From assembly GCA_963740315.1 (NCBI GenBank), contig CAVUDP010000002.1, positions 3,328,001 to 3,392,000 of the forward strand: a stretch of DNA of 64,000 bases, written 5' to 3'. The notes beneath the pieces were generated by a model. It was not told the origin of the DNA, did no database searches, and was given only the letters and a program-made list of their open reading frames with translations. Positions 49,398 to 59,439 of this stretch are shown here, in pieces (the stretch's first letter is position 1; the number at the start of each line of letters is the position of its first letter). The DNA is from an uncultured cyanobacterium. GTDB taxonomy: Bacteria; Cyanobacteriota; Cyanobacteriia; Cyanobacteriales; Nostocaceae. The position numbers were made by a program, and so were the translations under genes.

Positions 49398-49536
49398 GAT
49401 AAATCGGCTTTTAATAATAATCGCGATTAATTGGGACTTACGCAAATGTAATTAGAAATTAGGCATCCCAAACGTTGAGATCCCCCCAACCCCCAAAAAG
49501 GGGGGCTTTTTTAATTAACCTAGTATTTATTTACAG

Positions 49537-50499
49537 CTAATCACGTTTAATTTGATTAATTTCTTTTTGTAACTCTTCTATTTCTCGCCGCAATTTTTCA
49601 ACTTCCTGGTTTTGATTAGCTTCAGGTTTAACTTCAACTGCGCTCTTATCAGCTTCTTTAGGATAATTTCCTTTTTTTATTTCGTTATATTCTGACGATA
49701 CAGCCCATTGCCTTAAAAAATGTACTCGTTCAACTGCAAAGGGATGGCTGAGCATTACTCCTTGAGCGCCGTTATACATTAAAAATTTATACACTTGATT
49801 GAGTCCATCTTCGTCAAGTGCTTGATAATTTTCTGACTGGCGAATAAATTCTTGTAAACTGCATTCATGGGCGTATTTATTGCTACCGCCAGAAATTTTC
49901 ATCATCGAAGACATAACTGTATTTAAGTCATCTGTAACCAATAATGCGGCGCAATCGGCAGTTAACTCGGCTTTACGTCGCCATTCAAAAAAAGCATAAA
50001 TCAAACCGCTGCTAACTATGTTACCAATACCGAAAGTTAATTCCCCGACAATAGAGGCAGCATTCATTGCCCACATCGCCATTTGAATTAAAATAGTATG
50101 ACCACACTTAATGTGCCCTAACTCGTGGGCTAGTACAGACCTAATTTCGGCTTCATTGAGCAAATCCAAAATTCCCGTGTTGATGACAATGTAAGGATGC
50201 TCCTGCCCCAAAGCATAACTATTTGCAACGGGATTTTGCTCGACAAACAGTTTGGGTTCTGGATAAATATCCAAATCTCGCACGCATTCCCGAAATATCT
50301 GATAAATAGTTGAATATTGTCGAGGTCCAACTTCAATGGTGTTACCCATAAGATAAACTAATTGCGGACGTTCGTAAATAAATTCTACAAATTTACGAGC
50401 AATGAAATCAAAGCCTGGTAAACCTCTTAGCGTTTCTTCGGCTTGCTTATCTAGAGGATGTCTAAAAGCTTCGCTAGAAATTCCTTTATAAGTTGGCAT
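49537..50499 (-). CDS. M48 family Zn metallopeptidase
   Basis: AHELGHIK, RKAELTAD, SHPFAVER; C-terminal coiled coil. Confidence 0.9.
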   Translation of the reverse strand: MPTYKGISSEAFRHPLDKQAEETLRGLPGFDFIARKFVEFIYERPQLVYLMGNTIEVGPRQYSTIYQIFRECVRDLDIYPEPKLFVEQNPVANSYALGQEHPYIVINTGILDLLNEAEIRSVLAHELGHIKCGHTILIQMAMWAMNAASIVGELTFGIGNIVSSGLIYAFFEWRRKAELTADCAALLVTDDLNTVMSSMMKISGGSNKYAHECSLQEFIRQSENYQALDEDGLNQVYKFLMYNGAQGVMLSHPFAVERVHFLRQWAVSSEYNEIKKGNYPKEADKSAVEVKPEANQNQEVEKLRREIEELQKEINQIKRD

Positions 50500-50725
50500 A
50501 ATTACAGGGTAATAAGTTATTTGTTCTTCTATAGGGTTGTACGTTGAACGTCATACGGTAATCGTCGTACCTGCACTAAAAAGTGTTTAATCGTCTGTAG
50601 TGTAACAATTAAATATTGAACACTGCCCCTTTTAAACTGACAGCATAATATAAAAGAAGATAAGAACTGTTTAAAAGTTTATTTTAAAGAATTAACTAAA
50701 TCACTATGTATGGGATTGAGAGCGC

Positions 50726-52282
50726 GTGATTGAAGCAGAGGTTCATTTATCACTACATAACTTCCTGCGATCGCAGGCAGGTTTTCCTTCTTGGCCGCAC
50801 CATTTAACGATGGCACGGTTGGTAGCACGCGCCTTGAGGGTGGGACGTAGTGCCTTAATTCAAGTGGGGGCTGGTTGTGGTTATCAAGGGCAGTATCGTA
50901 CTAGTTTTGTGGCATCGGCTTTAATGTGGCATGAAGCTGTGATTATTGTTGCAACTCTTGCCGTGCAGCAACGTTTGTTGCAAGTAGAAATTCCTCGTCT
51001 ACAAAAGTGGTTAAAAGTCAATAAACCCATAATAGTAGGGGATTCTTTTCCCGGTGGTGATTTCAAGGGAATTGCGATCGTCTCTCCAGGAGCTTGGTTA
51101 AAAGCACAGTTGAGTTCCAAAAATGAATTTCCTCCAAATATTCCCACGATTATTGATGGTGTAGACGATTTAGAAGATTGGATACGAGAACAGCTTACCG
51201 TCAGTATTGAAGCCCATGATTGGGAACAGTTAATGTTGGCTTGTCCTTCATTTGCCTCTACAATTCGCACTCATCGGGTGCAGCTAACACGCGAAATCTT
51301 TCAGCATCCGGAAAATCCCTACGAATGTTACTTAATATCGGAATCAGAAGAAGAGATTTTATGCCGTCTTTATTCGGGCTTGGATTTAAATAGCCTCCCC
51401 GATGCTTGGAAAAAGTTTTGGCAATTATTCAAAAACAGGCACGAAATCTTACTAAACAAATCTTCACCTTCTCCTCCCTTACTTTGGGCTACCCCTCGCC
51501 GCCGTCAAGGTTTATTTTCTTTACATTGTGCCCCAATTGAGTTAGAAAAAATTCTCGCGCCGATTTGGCAGCGACAACCTGTAGTATTAATTGGCTCTGC
51601 TTTAGAACCGGAAACTGAAGCTACATTATTTCGCCAGCGTTTAGGATTGGGCGATTTGACTTGCTTGAAGTTCTCTTCGGAAAATCAAACTCAAGCTATT
51701 CAACTTTACATACCGAATAAATTACCCCTACCTAATACCCCAGAATTTAAACCAGTCTTTATCGATCAAGTTCGTCAGATGGTATGTTTGAGCGCAACAT
51801 CACCGGGTTTAACGGCTATTTTGGTGGGAGATGTTCCGTTAAAGGCTCAGCTAGGGGCAATTTTGGCTTCAGAATTTGGTTCGCGGGTACAGGTAGATAA
51901 AACTTGCTTGGATGAAAATGGTATTTTAGTCTGCGGTTGGGAATTTTGGCGCGAACATCAAACAGTTTTGCCATCTGTGCAAATGTTAATTATTGCTACT
52001 TTACCCCTACCATCTTTAGAAAACCCCTTGGTAGCTGGTAGGGTTGCTCATTACAAGCGTTCTCATCTAGATTGGTTCCGCTTATATTTATTGCCTACAG
52101 CTTTAAATGAACTCCAACGGGCTGTAGCACCAGCAAGAGATTCTAGCAGCATAGTGGCTTTGCTTGATAGTCGAGTAACCAACCGTAGCTATGGCGCTCA
52201 AGTTCTTGCAGCACTTAGCCCCCTTTCACGAATTAATTATTTAGATCCAGGTTTGTTTTCTACGCCCAAGGAAGAATCTTGA
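50726..52282 (+). CDS. DinG-like helicase C-terminal domain protein with degenerate ATPase motifs
   Basis: LIIATLPLPSLENP, LQRAVAP, VALLDSRV...SYG (helicase_C_2-like); GTG start. Confidence 0.8.
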   Translation: MIEAEVHLSLHNFLRSQAGFPSWPHHLTMARLVARALRVGRSALIQVGAGCGYQGQYRTSFVASALMWHEAVIIVATLAVQQRLLQVEIPRLQKWLKVNKPIIVGDSFPGGDFKGIAIVSPGAWLKAQLSSKNEFPPNIPTIIDGVDDLEDWIREQLTVSIEAHDWEQLMLACPSFASTIRTHRVQLTREIFQHPENPYECYLISESEEEILCRLYSGLDLNSLPDAWKKFWQLFKNRHEILLNKSSPSPPLLWATPRRRQGLFSLHCAPIELEKILAPIWQRQPVVLIGSALEPETEATLFRQRLGLGDLTCLKFSSENQTQAIQLYIPNKLPLPNTPEFKPVFIDQVRQMVCLSATSPGLTAILVGDVPLKAQLGAILASEFGSRVQVDKTCLDENGILVCGWEFWREHQTVLPSVQMLIIATLPLPSLENPLVAGRVAHYKRSHLDWFRLYLLPTALNELQRAVAPARDSSSIVALLDSRVTNRSYGAQVLAALSPLSRINYLDPGLFSTPKEES

Positions 52283-52383
52283 GACAATTACCAGTTACCA
52301 ATTCCTAGCTAAAGACATAAAAATTACCCTCTTGGTGAGGGTTTGAACCGATTATTTATGATTTATTCTCAACTTTTCATTAA

Positions 52384-52590
52384 TTAATAAGCTAAGTTTT
52401 CTAAGGTTTCCCTTAAATACAACTGTACTTGCGATTCTTCGTTCATTTGTTCGATTTGCTCACCAGATTGTACTTGTTCCATCTGCCAGCGTTGAAAACC
52501 AGAACTAATGAAAATTGCCTGCTTCAAATTGTTCCAGATGTCGGCATCACCTTTCAAGTTGCCATTGCTTTTAACTGTGAAACTACTCAT
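52384..52590 (-). CDS. small hypothetical protein
   Basis: WNNLKQAIFISSGFQRW...YLRETLENLAY recognised as a conserved cyanobacterial pattern. Confidence 0.8.
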   Translation of the reverse strand: MSSFTVKSNGNLKGDADIWNNLKQAIFISSGFQRWQMEQVQSGEQIEQMNEESQVQLYLRETLENLAY

Positions 52591-53099
52591 GATTATTTAA
52601 TCCTCAATTTAACTTTTTTTAATTGGTGCAAAATTTTTCTTATTTAATTTCTTTTAATTGCTACCGCTCCCGTCCGTACTCTACTCTGCTTTTTGTACTG
52701 TCTGTTAGAGAAAAAATACGAGGTCTTGCTATTAAATATTGATAAACCTTTTTACCTATGATACGAAGAAACTGGGTAAAAATTAAAGTGCGTTTTTATT
52801 AAACACTTTTCTCAAAGTAGTGGTTAAGTTACGAATCTTTCTGTTACCGTTGCTACTGATTTAAATAATTATTTACAGGAATTATTCGGTTTTAAGCGAC
52901 TTCCAAATTAAAAAATATCTTATTATCTCCAATACAAAAATATGTAGAGACTTTTGGCGCTTTGCCGTCATCTCTACATATTTCAACTTTGATAATTTTA
53001 ATTTTGTACTGAGGAACCAGGATTTTTTATTAGCTAAGGCAACTAAAGGATTAAATCCCATTCGTTGCCTAGCTCGATTATGACACCGTTGTCTACTCA

Positions 53100-56000
53100 C
53101 TATCTTGCCATTGCAAGAGTGCGACGTTTAGTCACCATTTGATAACCTTCAATAATGTCGCCTTCTTCCCAATTACTGAATTTATCAACGCCGATACCGC
53201 ATTCATAACCAGAGTTGACTTCACGTGTATCTTCTTTCATCCGCTTGAGTGAATCAAGGGCACCTTCAAATATCACATTATTGCCCCGACGAACTCGGAC
53301 TTTGCAGTTACGAAGCAGTTTGCCGGACTGAACGTAGCAACCAGCAACAGCACCGCGTCCCACTGGGAAGACTGCACGTACTTCTGCTTGACCTAAAGAT
53401 TCTTCTACTAATTCTGGCTCCAGTAAACCTTCCAATGCGTCTTGGATGTCTTCTAAGAGTTTGTAGATGATGTTGTATTCTCGAACATCTACACCAGCTT
53501 CGTCTGCTGCTTGTCTTGCACCGCTGGCAAATGTGGTATTGAAACCGATAATTACGGCACCACTGGCTGCTGCAAGGTCAATATCTGTTTGGGTAATTTC
53601 TCCTGGAGCAGATAACAACATCCGAATGTGGATTTCGTTTTGCGGAATTTGTTTGAGCGAACCCAAAATAGCTTCCACAGAACCTTGCACGTCTGCTTTC
53701 AAGATTAAGTTGAGTTCTTTTAACTCGCCTTCTTGTGCTTGTGCTGAAATCGAAGTTAAAGTTACGCGCCCTCCCTGCATTAAGCGGGATTGGCGGATTA
53801 CCTCGGCTCGTTCGTTGGCAAGTAACCGGGCTTCTTTCTCGTTCTTGAAGACTAGGAATTCGTCTCCTGCGAACGGTACGTCATTTAAGCCCAATACCTC
53901 TACAGCAAAGGAAGGACTCGCAATGTCTACTCGCTGGTTTCGATCGTCAACCATTGCCCGGACTTTTCCGAAGACAGAACCGGCTACCAGGATATCTCCT
54001 ACGTGTAGGGTTCCATTCTGAATTAACAAGGTTGCAACTGCGCCTTTTGCTTTATCCAAATGAGCTTCGATCACGGTTCCTTTTGCGGAACGCTCTGGGT
54101 TCGCTTGAAGGTCTTCAACTTCCGAAACTAGCACAATCATCTCTAAAAGCGTATCTAGGTTTTCTCCTTTGATGGCGCTGACGGGAACCATAATTGTGTC
54201 GCCACCCCATTCTTCTGATGTCAAACCATATTGAGTTAGCTCTTGTTTGACTCTTTCTGGCTGGGCGGCTTCTTTGTCAATTTTGTTGATTGCGACAATG
54301 ATCGGTACTTCTGCCGCTTGAGCGTGCTTAATTGCCTCAATTGTCTGGGGACGAACGCCGTCATCTGCTGCCACTACCAATATGGCAATGTCAGTAACAC
54401 GCGCTCCCCTAGCCCGCATTGCCGTGAATGCTTCGTGACCGGGAGTATCTAAGAAGACGATCTGCTGCGGTTTACCTTCATGTTCTATCTCTACATGGTA
54501 AGCACCAATGTGCTGGGTAATACCTCCAGCTTCACCAGAAGCCACTTTCGTTTTTCTAATCGAGTCAAGTAACGTTGTTTTACCGTGGTCTACGTGACCC
54601 ATAATCGTTACTACAGGCGGACGACGATGGAGGTGATCCATATCTTCCAAGTCCAGCATCTCCGTAACTTTACGGGCTTCTGCTTCCGGCTCTGGAGTAT
54701 CAACTAGTACTTCTAACTCTTCAGATACCATGATAACTGTTGAAGTGTCAAGACTTTGGGTAATACTGACCGCAATACCCTTCATAAACAAGATTTTGAC
54801 AATTTCCGTGTCGGGCATTGCCAAAGCATCTGCTAGTTCTTGCACGGTCATTGGACCGCCAACGGTTATTATTTCGGGACGCTGGAGCTTCGGTTCTGTT
54901 TCTGTATTTCCACCGCCGCCGCCGCGCCGACGATTTTGGTCGCGAGAACCGGACTTTCTGACTTTGCTAGGTGCAGCAGGAGTTGGTGCCGTTGTTGGCT
55001 TAGAGCTTTTTGGTTTAGGAGGACGAACTATAGCATTGCTAATTGCCGTTTCCATACTAGAGGCTGCTTCATCATCATCAAGCAGGTCTGCCTCAAAATC
55101 GTCTTCAGCCATTGGCTTCAGACGCTTATTCTTAGCAACCTTACCAGCTTTGGCTGCTTCTTTTGCTTCGTCGATCGCTTCCTCTTGCTTAGAGCGTTTC
55201 TTCTGACCTCTAGGCAGACGAGGAGGTATTGGACGCTTGAGTTCAGCTACTTCTTCAACAACATCATCATCATCTTTGTCATCATCAGTTGAATCGCTAA
55301 TATCCACTTTTGCCGCCGGTCGGGAAGGCGGTCTAAGTGGAGCCGATACGCTCGGAGGCGCTGATGAATCTTGCCGTACCTGCTTTCTAGGACGTGCCAC
55401 ATCATCCGAGCTACCACCAGGTGCTGCTTTTTTCGGCTTTTGCGGTTTTTCTGTTTTCGATACTGGTGCAGTCGTAGGAGTCGTAGGACGCGCCGTCTTT
55501 GATACTGGTACGCTTGAGGGTTCTACAACTTTATCCGCAACTTTATCCGCAGGCGGCTTATTCTTTTGACGTTTTGGTTGATCGCGATCGCGTTTAAGAA
55601 CTGGTTTTTCTACAAGGCTATCGGAACCGGAATCTGGCTTAGCAGCCGCAGGTCTGGTAGGCGGAGCAGTCAGTTCGGGTTTATTCAAGTCTTCCGGTTT
55701 AGATTTGGGTGAAACTAGTCTTTCTGGTTTGCTCAAAGCAGTTTTATCTGATTCTGAGGGGGAGGTGGATGTTAAATTTTCCGTTTTTGCAACGGATACA
55801 GAGTTATTTTGAGAGCGCAAGGGCTGGTTTGGGGAGACGGGTGCAGTTGGTGCCACTGTTTCTATGGACGAGACTGAATTGATTTGATGGTTGGGAGAGG
55901 CAGCATTTGATGCACTCTCGTGGTTTTCTAAATTATTATTGGGTGACTTCAAAGAATCAAGATTATTAGAATTCTTCGGTGGCTTTGGTTTGCTACGAAT

Positions 56001-56258
56001 TTCCAATATTTGTGGTTTACTAGGTGCTTTATTATGGTCGCGAGAACCCTTATTATTTGTACCATGCTCTTTCGACAACCCTAAAGTAGTCGTCAGTTTT
56101 TCTGCTTGGGAACGAATACGTTCTGCATCCGATTCTGAAATCGTGCTGCTATGACTTTTGACCGCGATATTGAGCTGGTCGCAAATTGCTAATAGCTCTT
56201 TGTTTTCCAAATTCAATTCCTTTGATAATTCGTAAATTCTGACTTTGCCGTTGTTCAT
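53100..56258 (-). CDS. infB: translation initiation factor IF-2
   Basis: [49 protein letters not shown]. Confidence 0.99.
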   Translation of the reverse strand: MNNGKVRIYELSKELNLENKELLAICDQLNIAVKSHSSTISESDAERIRSQAEKLTTTLGLSKEHGTNNKGSRDHNKAPSKPQILEIRSKPKPPKNSNNLDSLKSPNNNLENHESASNAASPNHQINSVSSIETVAPTAPVSPNQPLRSQNNSVSVAKTENLTSTSPSESDKTALSKPERLVSPKSKPEDLNKPELTAPPTRPAAAKPDSGSDSLVEKPVLKRDRDQPKRQKNKPPADKVADKVVEPSSVPVSKTARPTTPTTAPVSKTEKPQKPKKAAPGGSSDDVARPRKQVRQDSSAPPSVSAPLRPPSRPAAKVDISDSTDDDKDDDDVVEEVAELKRPIPPRLPRGQKKRSKQEEAIDEAKEAAKAGKVAKNKRLKPMAEDDFEADLLDDDEAASSMETAISNAIVRPPKPKSSKPTTAPTPAAPSKVRKSGSRDQNRRRGGGGGNTETEPKLQRPEIITVGGPMTVQELADALAMPDTEIVKILFMKGIAVSITQSLDTSTVIMVSEELEVLVDTPEPEAEARKVTEMLDLEDMDHLHRRPPVVTIMGHVDHGKTTLLDSIRKTKVASGEAGGITQHIGAYHVEIEHEGKPQQIVFLDTPGHEAFTAMRARGARVTDIAILVVAADDGVRPQTIEAIKHAQAAEVPIIVAINKIDKEAAQPERVKQELTQYGLTSEEWGGDTIMVPVSAIKGENLDTLLEMIVLVSEVEDLQANPERSAKGTVIEAHLDKAKGAVATLLIQNGTLHVGDILVAGSVFGKVRAMVDDRNQRVDIASPSFAVEVLGLNDVPFAGDEFLVFKNEKEARLLANERAEVIRQSRLMQGGRVTLTSISAQAQEGELKELNLILKADVQGSVEAILGSLKQIPQNEIHIRMLLSAPGEITQTDIDLAAASGAVIIGFNTTFASGARQAADEAGVDVREYNIIYKLLEDIQDALEGLLEPELVEESLGQAEVRAVFPVGRGAVAGCYVQSGKLLRNCKVRVRRGNNVIFEGALDSLKRMKEDTREVNSGYECGIGVDKFSNWEEGDIIEGYQMVTKRRTLAMAR

Positions 56259-56708
56259 CCACTCTTCCCCTATAATTTACAGTTTTAACGGATGGTTGCC
56301 AGCTTTTGCGACATCTCCATCCTTGGTTTACTGTGTAACGGTAGCCATTTTCAATTTGAAAAGGTTCCGACCATTAGGAAAGAGAGATGTGACCGTTGGA
56401 AAACTGGCATCTCCACACCTGCATAATACTGATTAACGCCGCGACTACGCCCGAACGTTACCAAGTGCCGATATTTATTTTTTTGTATGGACGGTGTTTT
56501 TGTTGGGTTTAACACATGAAAGCCTACAATGACTAAGTTTTGCAAGTGCCCTATCATGTAACAGAGCCATGTGTCAATACTCATTTATAATTTTGGCACT
56601 AACTTCTTTACTAAAAGGTAATTCGATCCATATTACTATCGGACATAGCCGGTGTAAGATTCTCAGCAGGAAAATACCCCCACTACCTTCATTACTTTGT
56701 GAAAAAGT

Positions 56709-56972
56709 TTATTGCTCTTTATCACTTTGAGATAAGCGCTCCCACAATGTTTTGTACAGTGTTTCTGGCACTGATGCACGCAACGCTCGTCCTAGCTTAT
56801 TTTTTTTATGAGCAACACTAAGGCAACTCGGATTTGGACAAATATAGGCTGAACGCCCCATGCCCTGATTTAATTGTACCTTTCCTGAAGGAAACACGCG
56901 GACAATCCGCCAAAACTCATGTTTTAAATCAAATTTTCGACAACTAATACAACGCCTCCAATTAGGTTTCAT
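56709..56972 (-). CDS. ylxR: YlxR (DUF448) RNA-binding protein
   Basis: RRCISCR, GRSAYIC; between nusA and infB; start at MKPNW. Confidence 0.9.
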   Translation of the reverse strand: MKPNWRRCISCRKFDLKHEFWRIVRVFPSGKVQLNQGMGRSAYICPNPSCLSVAHKKNKLGRALRASVPETLYKTLWERLSQSDKEQ

Positions 56973-57017
56973 TTTAACGTGCTGATTTAGCTTCAACTAT
57001 CGGCTGCCTTATTGGTA

Positions 57018-58412
57018 TTAATAAATCCTTTGATTCCTAGACTCAAATTCCTCCTCGGTTTCATCGAATAAACTTTTTGGTGCTTTTGAATTAACTTGTT
57101 GATTTTGCGAATCTAAGTTGTCAGACTGTAATCTCTGTACATCAAGTTCTTCGAGTTGTTCAAGTTTTTCAAGTTTTTCAAGTTCTTCTAATTCATCTAA
57201 GTGATCGAGTTCTGCCGCGTGTTGTGCCCTTGCGGCTGCAAATTTTGTATCTTCTGCTTCAAAATCGTACTTCTCTTTGTCTTTGATGTCTATTTTCCAG
57301 CCAGTGAGTCTAGCAGCTAAACGAACATTTTGTCCTTCTTTACCGATCGCTAAACTCAATTGATCTTCGGCTACAAGTACGTGAGTTTGTCTTGTTTCTG
57401 GGTCCATAAGCCGCACATCATCGACTCGCGCCGGACTCAAGGCGTTGGCAATATAAGTTGCTGGATCTGGGGACCAACGAATTACGTCTATTTTTTCGCC
57501 GCGTAATTCATTCACTACTACTTGAATTCTCGAACCACGCGCCCCAATACAAGCACCAACCGGGTCTACATCCCTGTCTAAAGTATCTACAGCTATTTTT
57601 GTTCTCGGTCCGACATAAGTTGATGGGGGATTAGCTTCGCGGGCAACGGCAACAATTCTTACAACTTCGTCCTCAATTTCGGGGACTTCATTGGCAAAAA
57701 GATATACTACTAAACCGGCATCACCCCTGGAAACAAGTAATTGCGGTCCTCGTTGTTGACCCCGCGAGACTTTTTTGAGGTAGACTCGGAAAGTGGCACC
57801 GATACGATAATTATCATTGGGTAGCTGTTCGCGTTTGGGTAATTCCGCTTCTACTTCTGGCTGACCAAAACCGCTGTTTACAGCCATAATTACCGATTGT
57901 CTTTCAAACCGCAGCACTCTTGCGATGAGTACCGTTGCTTCCAAATCTTGGAATTCTTCTTGAATTAATTGTCGCTGTTGGTCGCGCAGTTTTTGCGATA
58001 AAACTTGCTTGGTTTGCATCGCCGCCATGCGACCAAATTCTTTTTTATCGGGGGTTACGTCTACAACTACTTCTTGTCCTACCAATTGCGCCGCATCATC
58101 GCCAAATTCTTCGACTTCTTTGATAACGTCCTTGAGGGCAATTTGATGGTCGGAATTTGTTACTTCTTCAACTATGGTTTTTGTAGAAACAACGCGAAAT
58201 CCTTCATCTTCAATATCTAGTTCTACTTCAAAATTTTCAAAGTAATCTTCATCAAACTGTTTGCGATCTAAATTTTGAGCGCGACGATAGCGTTCGTAAC
58301 CCTTAAGCAGTGCTTCTCTAATTGCCGATTGCACTGCAAGTCTGGGTAAATTTCGTTCCCTACTGATACTTTCAATTAATTCTTTTAATCCAAGTAATTT
58401 AAGCATTGACAT
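57018..58412 (-). CDS. nusA: transcription termination/antitermination factor NusA
   Basis: [47 protein letters not shown]. Confidence 0.98.
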   Translation of the reverse strand: MSMLKLLGLKELIESISRERNLPRLAVQSAIREALLKGYERYRRAQNLDRKQFDEDYFENFEVELDIEDEGFRVVSTKTIVEEVTNSDHQIALKDVIKEVEEFGDDAAQLVGQEVVVDVTPDKKEFGRMAAMQTKQVLSQKLRDQQRQLIQEEFQDLEATVLIARVLRFERQSVIMAVNSGFGQPEVEAELPKREQLPNDNYRIGATFRVYLKKVSRGQQRGPQLLVSRGDAGLVVYLFANEVPEIEDEVVRIVAVAREANPPSTYVGPRTKIAVDTLDRDVDPVGACIGARGSRIQVVVNELRGEKIDVIRWSPDPATYIANALSPARVDDVRLMDPETRQTHVLVAEDQLSLAIGKEGQNVRLAARLTGWKIDIKDKEKYDFEAEDTKFAAARAQHAAELDHLDELEELEKLEKLEQLEELDVQRLQSDNLDSQNQQVNSKAPKSLFDETEEEFESRNQRIY

Positions 58413-58483
58413 AAGCTATCTCCTTAAAAAAAATCGCAACTGATAACACCGGAATTAGAGACAATAAATAATCGGTGTGTCCC

Positions 58484-58524
58484 GAAAAGTTGCTCTTAGG
58501 GTTTCCCCCAAGACCGCACTTTTC
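58484..58524. repeat. small dispersed palindromic element in the rimP-nusA spacer
   Basis: GAAAAGT...ACTTTTC outer inverted repeat with an inner TCTT.GGG...CCC.AAGA hairpin. Confidence 0.55.
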
Positions 58525-58647
58525 GCTTTTAACAAAACGGTCGTCTTGCTTATTGAAAGAACCCAAATTACTCGTTCTTTTAGCAAAAAAAACCGCTCTC
58601 GTTCACCGGGGTTAAAAAGCAGTCCTGGTTAGATAATGTTTACCTAC

Positions 58648-59112
58648 TTAATCCCGTTCTTCGTCTAACTGCACGCTGGTAATATTTGAGCGGGGGATTT
58701 CGATTACACGACCCTTTTTGTTTAAATAAACGCTTTTTTCATCTCGGCGAACCAGTTTCCCATTCCATTCAGAGTGTCCTTGATGGGGTGAAGAAGTGCA
58801 AACTTTAATTGGGAAACCTTTGAAAGAGGTGAATTCTCGGTCAGTTTGCAATTGCTGGGAGATACCAGGACTAGACACTTCCAATACATAGGCATCCGGA
58901 ATAATTGACGCTGCATCCAAACTGGCTTCAAAATTACGGCTCATACGCTCGCAATCATTTAAACTAGTATCTTGCTTGGGATTACGGATGTCTACTCGCA
59001 ATACTGGTGGGCTTTGATTGGTATGAAAAACCACTTTCACGACCTCTAGTTCAAGGTCTTTTGCTACTGGTGTTGCTAAGTCAATGATTTGGGGAACTAA
59101 AGGATGAGTCAT
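58648..59112 (-). CDS. rimP: ribosome maturation factor RimP
   Basis: [21 protein letters not shown]; first gene of the nusA-infB operon. Confidence 0.95.
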   Translation of the reverse strand: MTHPLVPQIIDLATPVAKDLELEVVKVVFHTNQSPPVLRVDIRNPKQDTSLNDCERMSRNFEASLDAASIIPDAYVLEVSSPGISQQLQTDREFTSFKGFPIKVCTSSPHQGHSEWNGKLVRRDEKSVYLNKKGRVIEIPRSNITSVQLDEERD

Positions 59113-59125
59113 GTGGCAATTCCAA

Positions 59126-59151
59126 CAAAAAAAGTGGGCATCTACCCACTC
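59126..59151 (-). promoter_or_regulatory. rimP-leader hairpin (attenuator-like)
   Basis: Minus strand AGTGGG-TAGATG-CCCACT followed by a T-run just upstream of the rimP start. Confidence 0.7.
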
Positions 59152-59439
59152 CCTGCGATAAGGATATCTTCCAAGAAGTTTTGCAACGAACTGTAATATA
59201 GCTCGTCCGTGGCACACCCACACCTCCCTACGGTTAGATAATGGGCTTCTCAGCGACTCATCTATGATGACATTAACTGAGCTTTAAAGCCGTGTGCCCC
59301 ACGGACTTATAATCTGAGTTTAACGCATTTTTCCAAAATGCTTGCAGCAAAAAATGTACATTATAATTTCTATTTTAATGAATCTGCTTAAAAATACAGG
59401 GAATGACGAATAGGAAATCAGGAATGGGAACGGCAAAAC

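Noticed and set aside
50726..52282. DinG as a type IV CRISPR (Csf4) component
   Set aside because: No csf/cas genes or array nearby; housekeeping-like context and degenerate motifs
53249..56154. Several plus-strand ORFs inside infB, and similar ones inside ppk1, lysS, nusA and the usher gene
   Set aside because: Antisense shadows of well-supported genes
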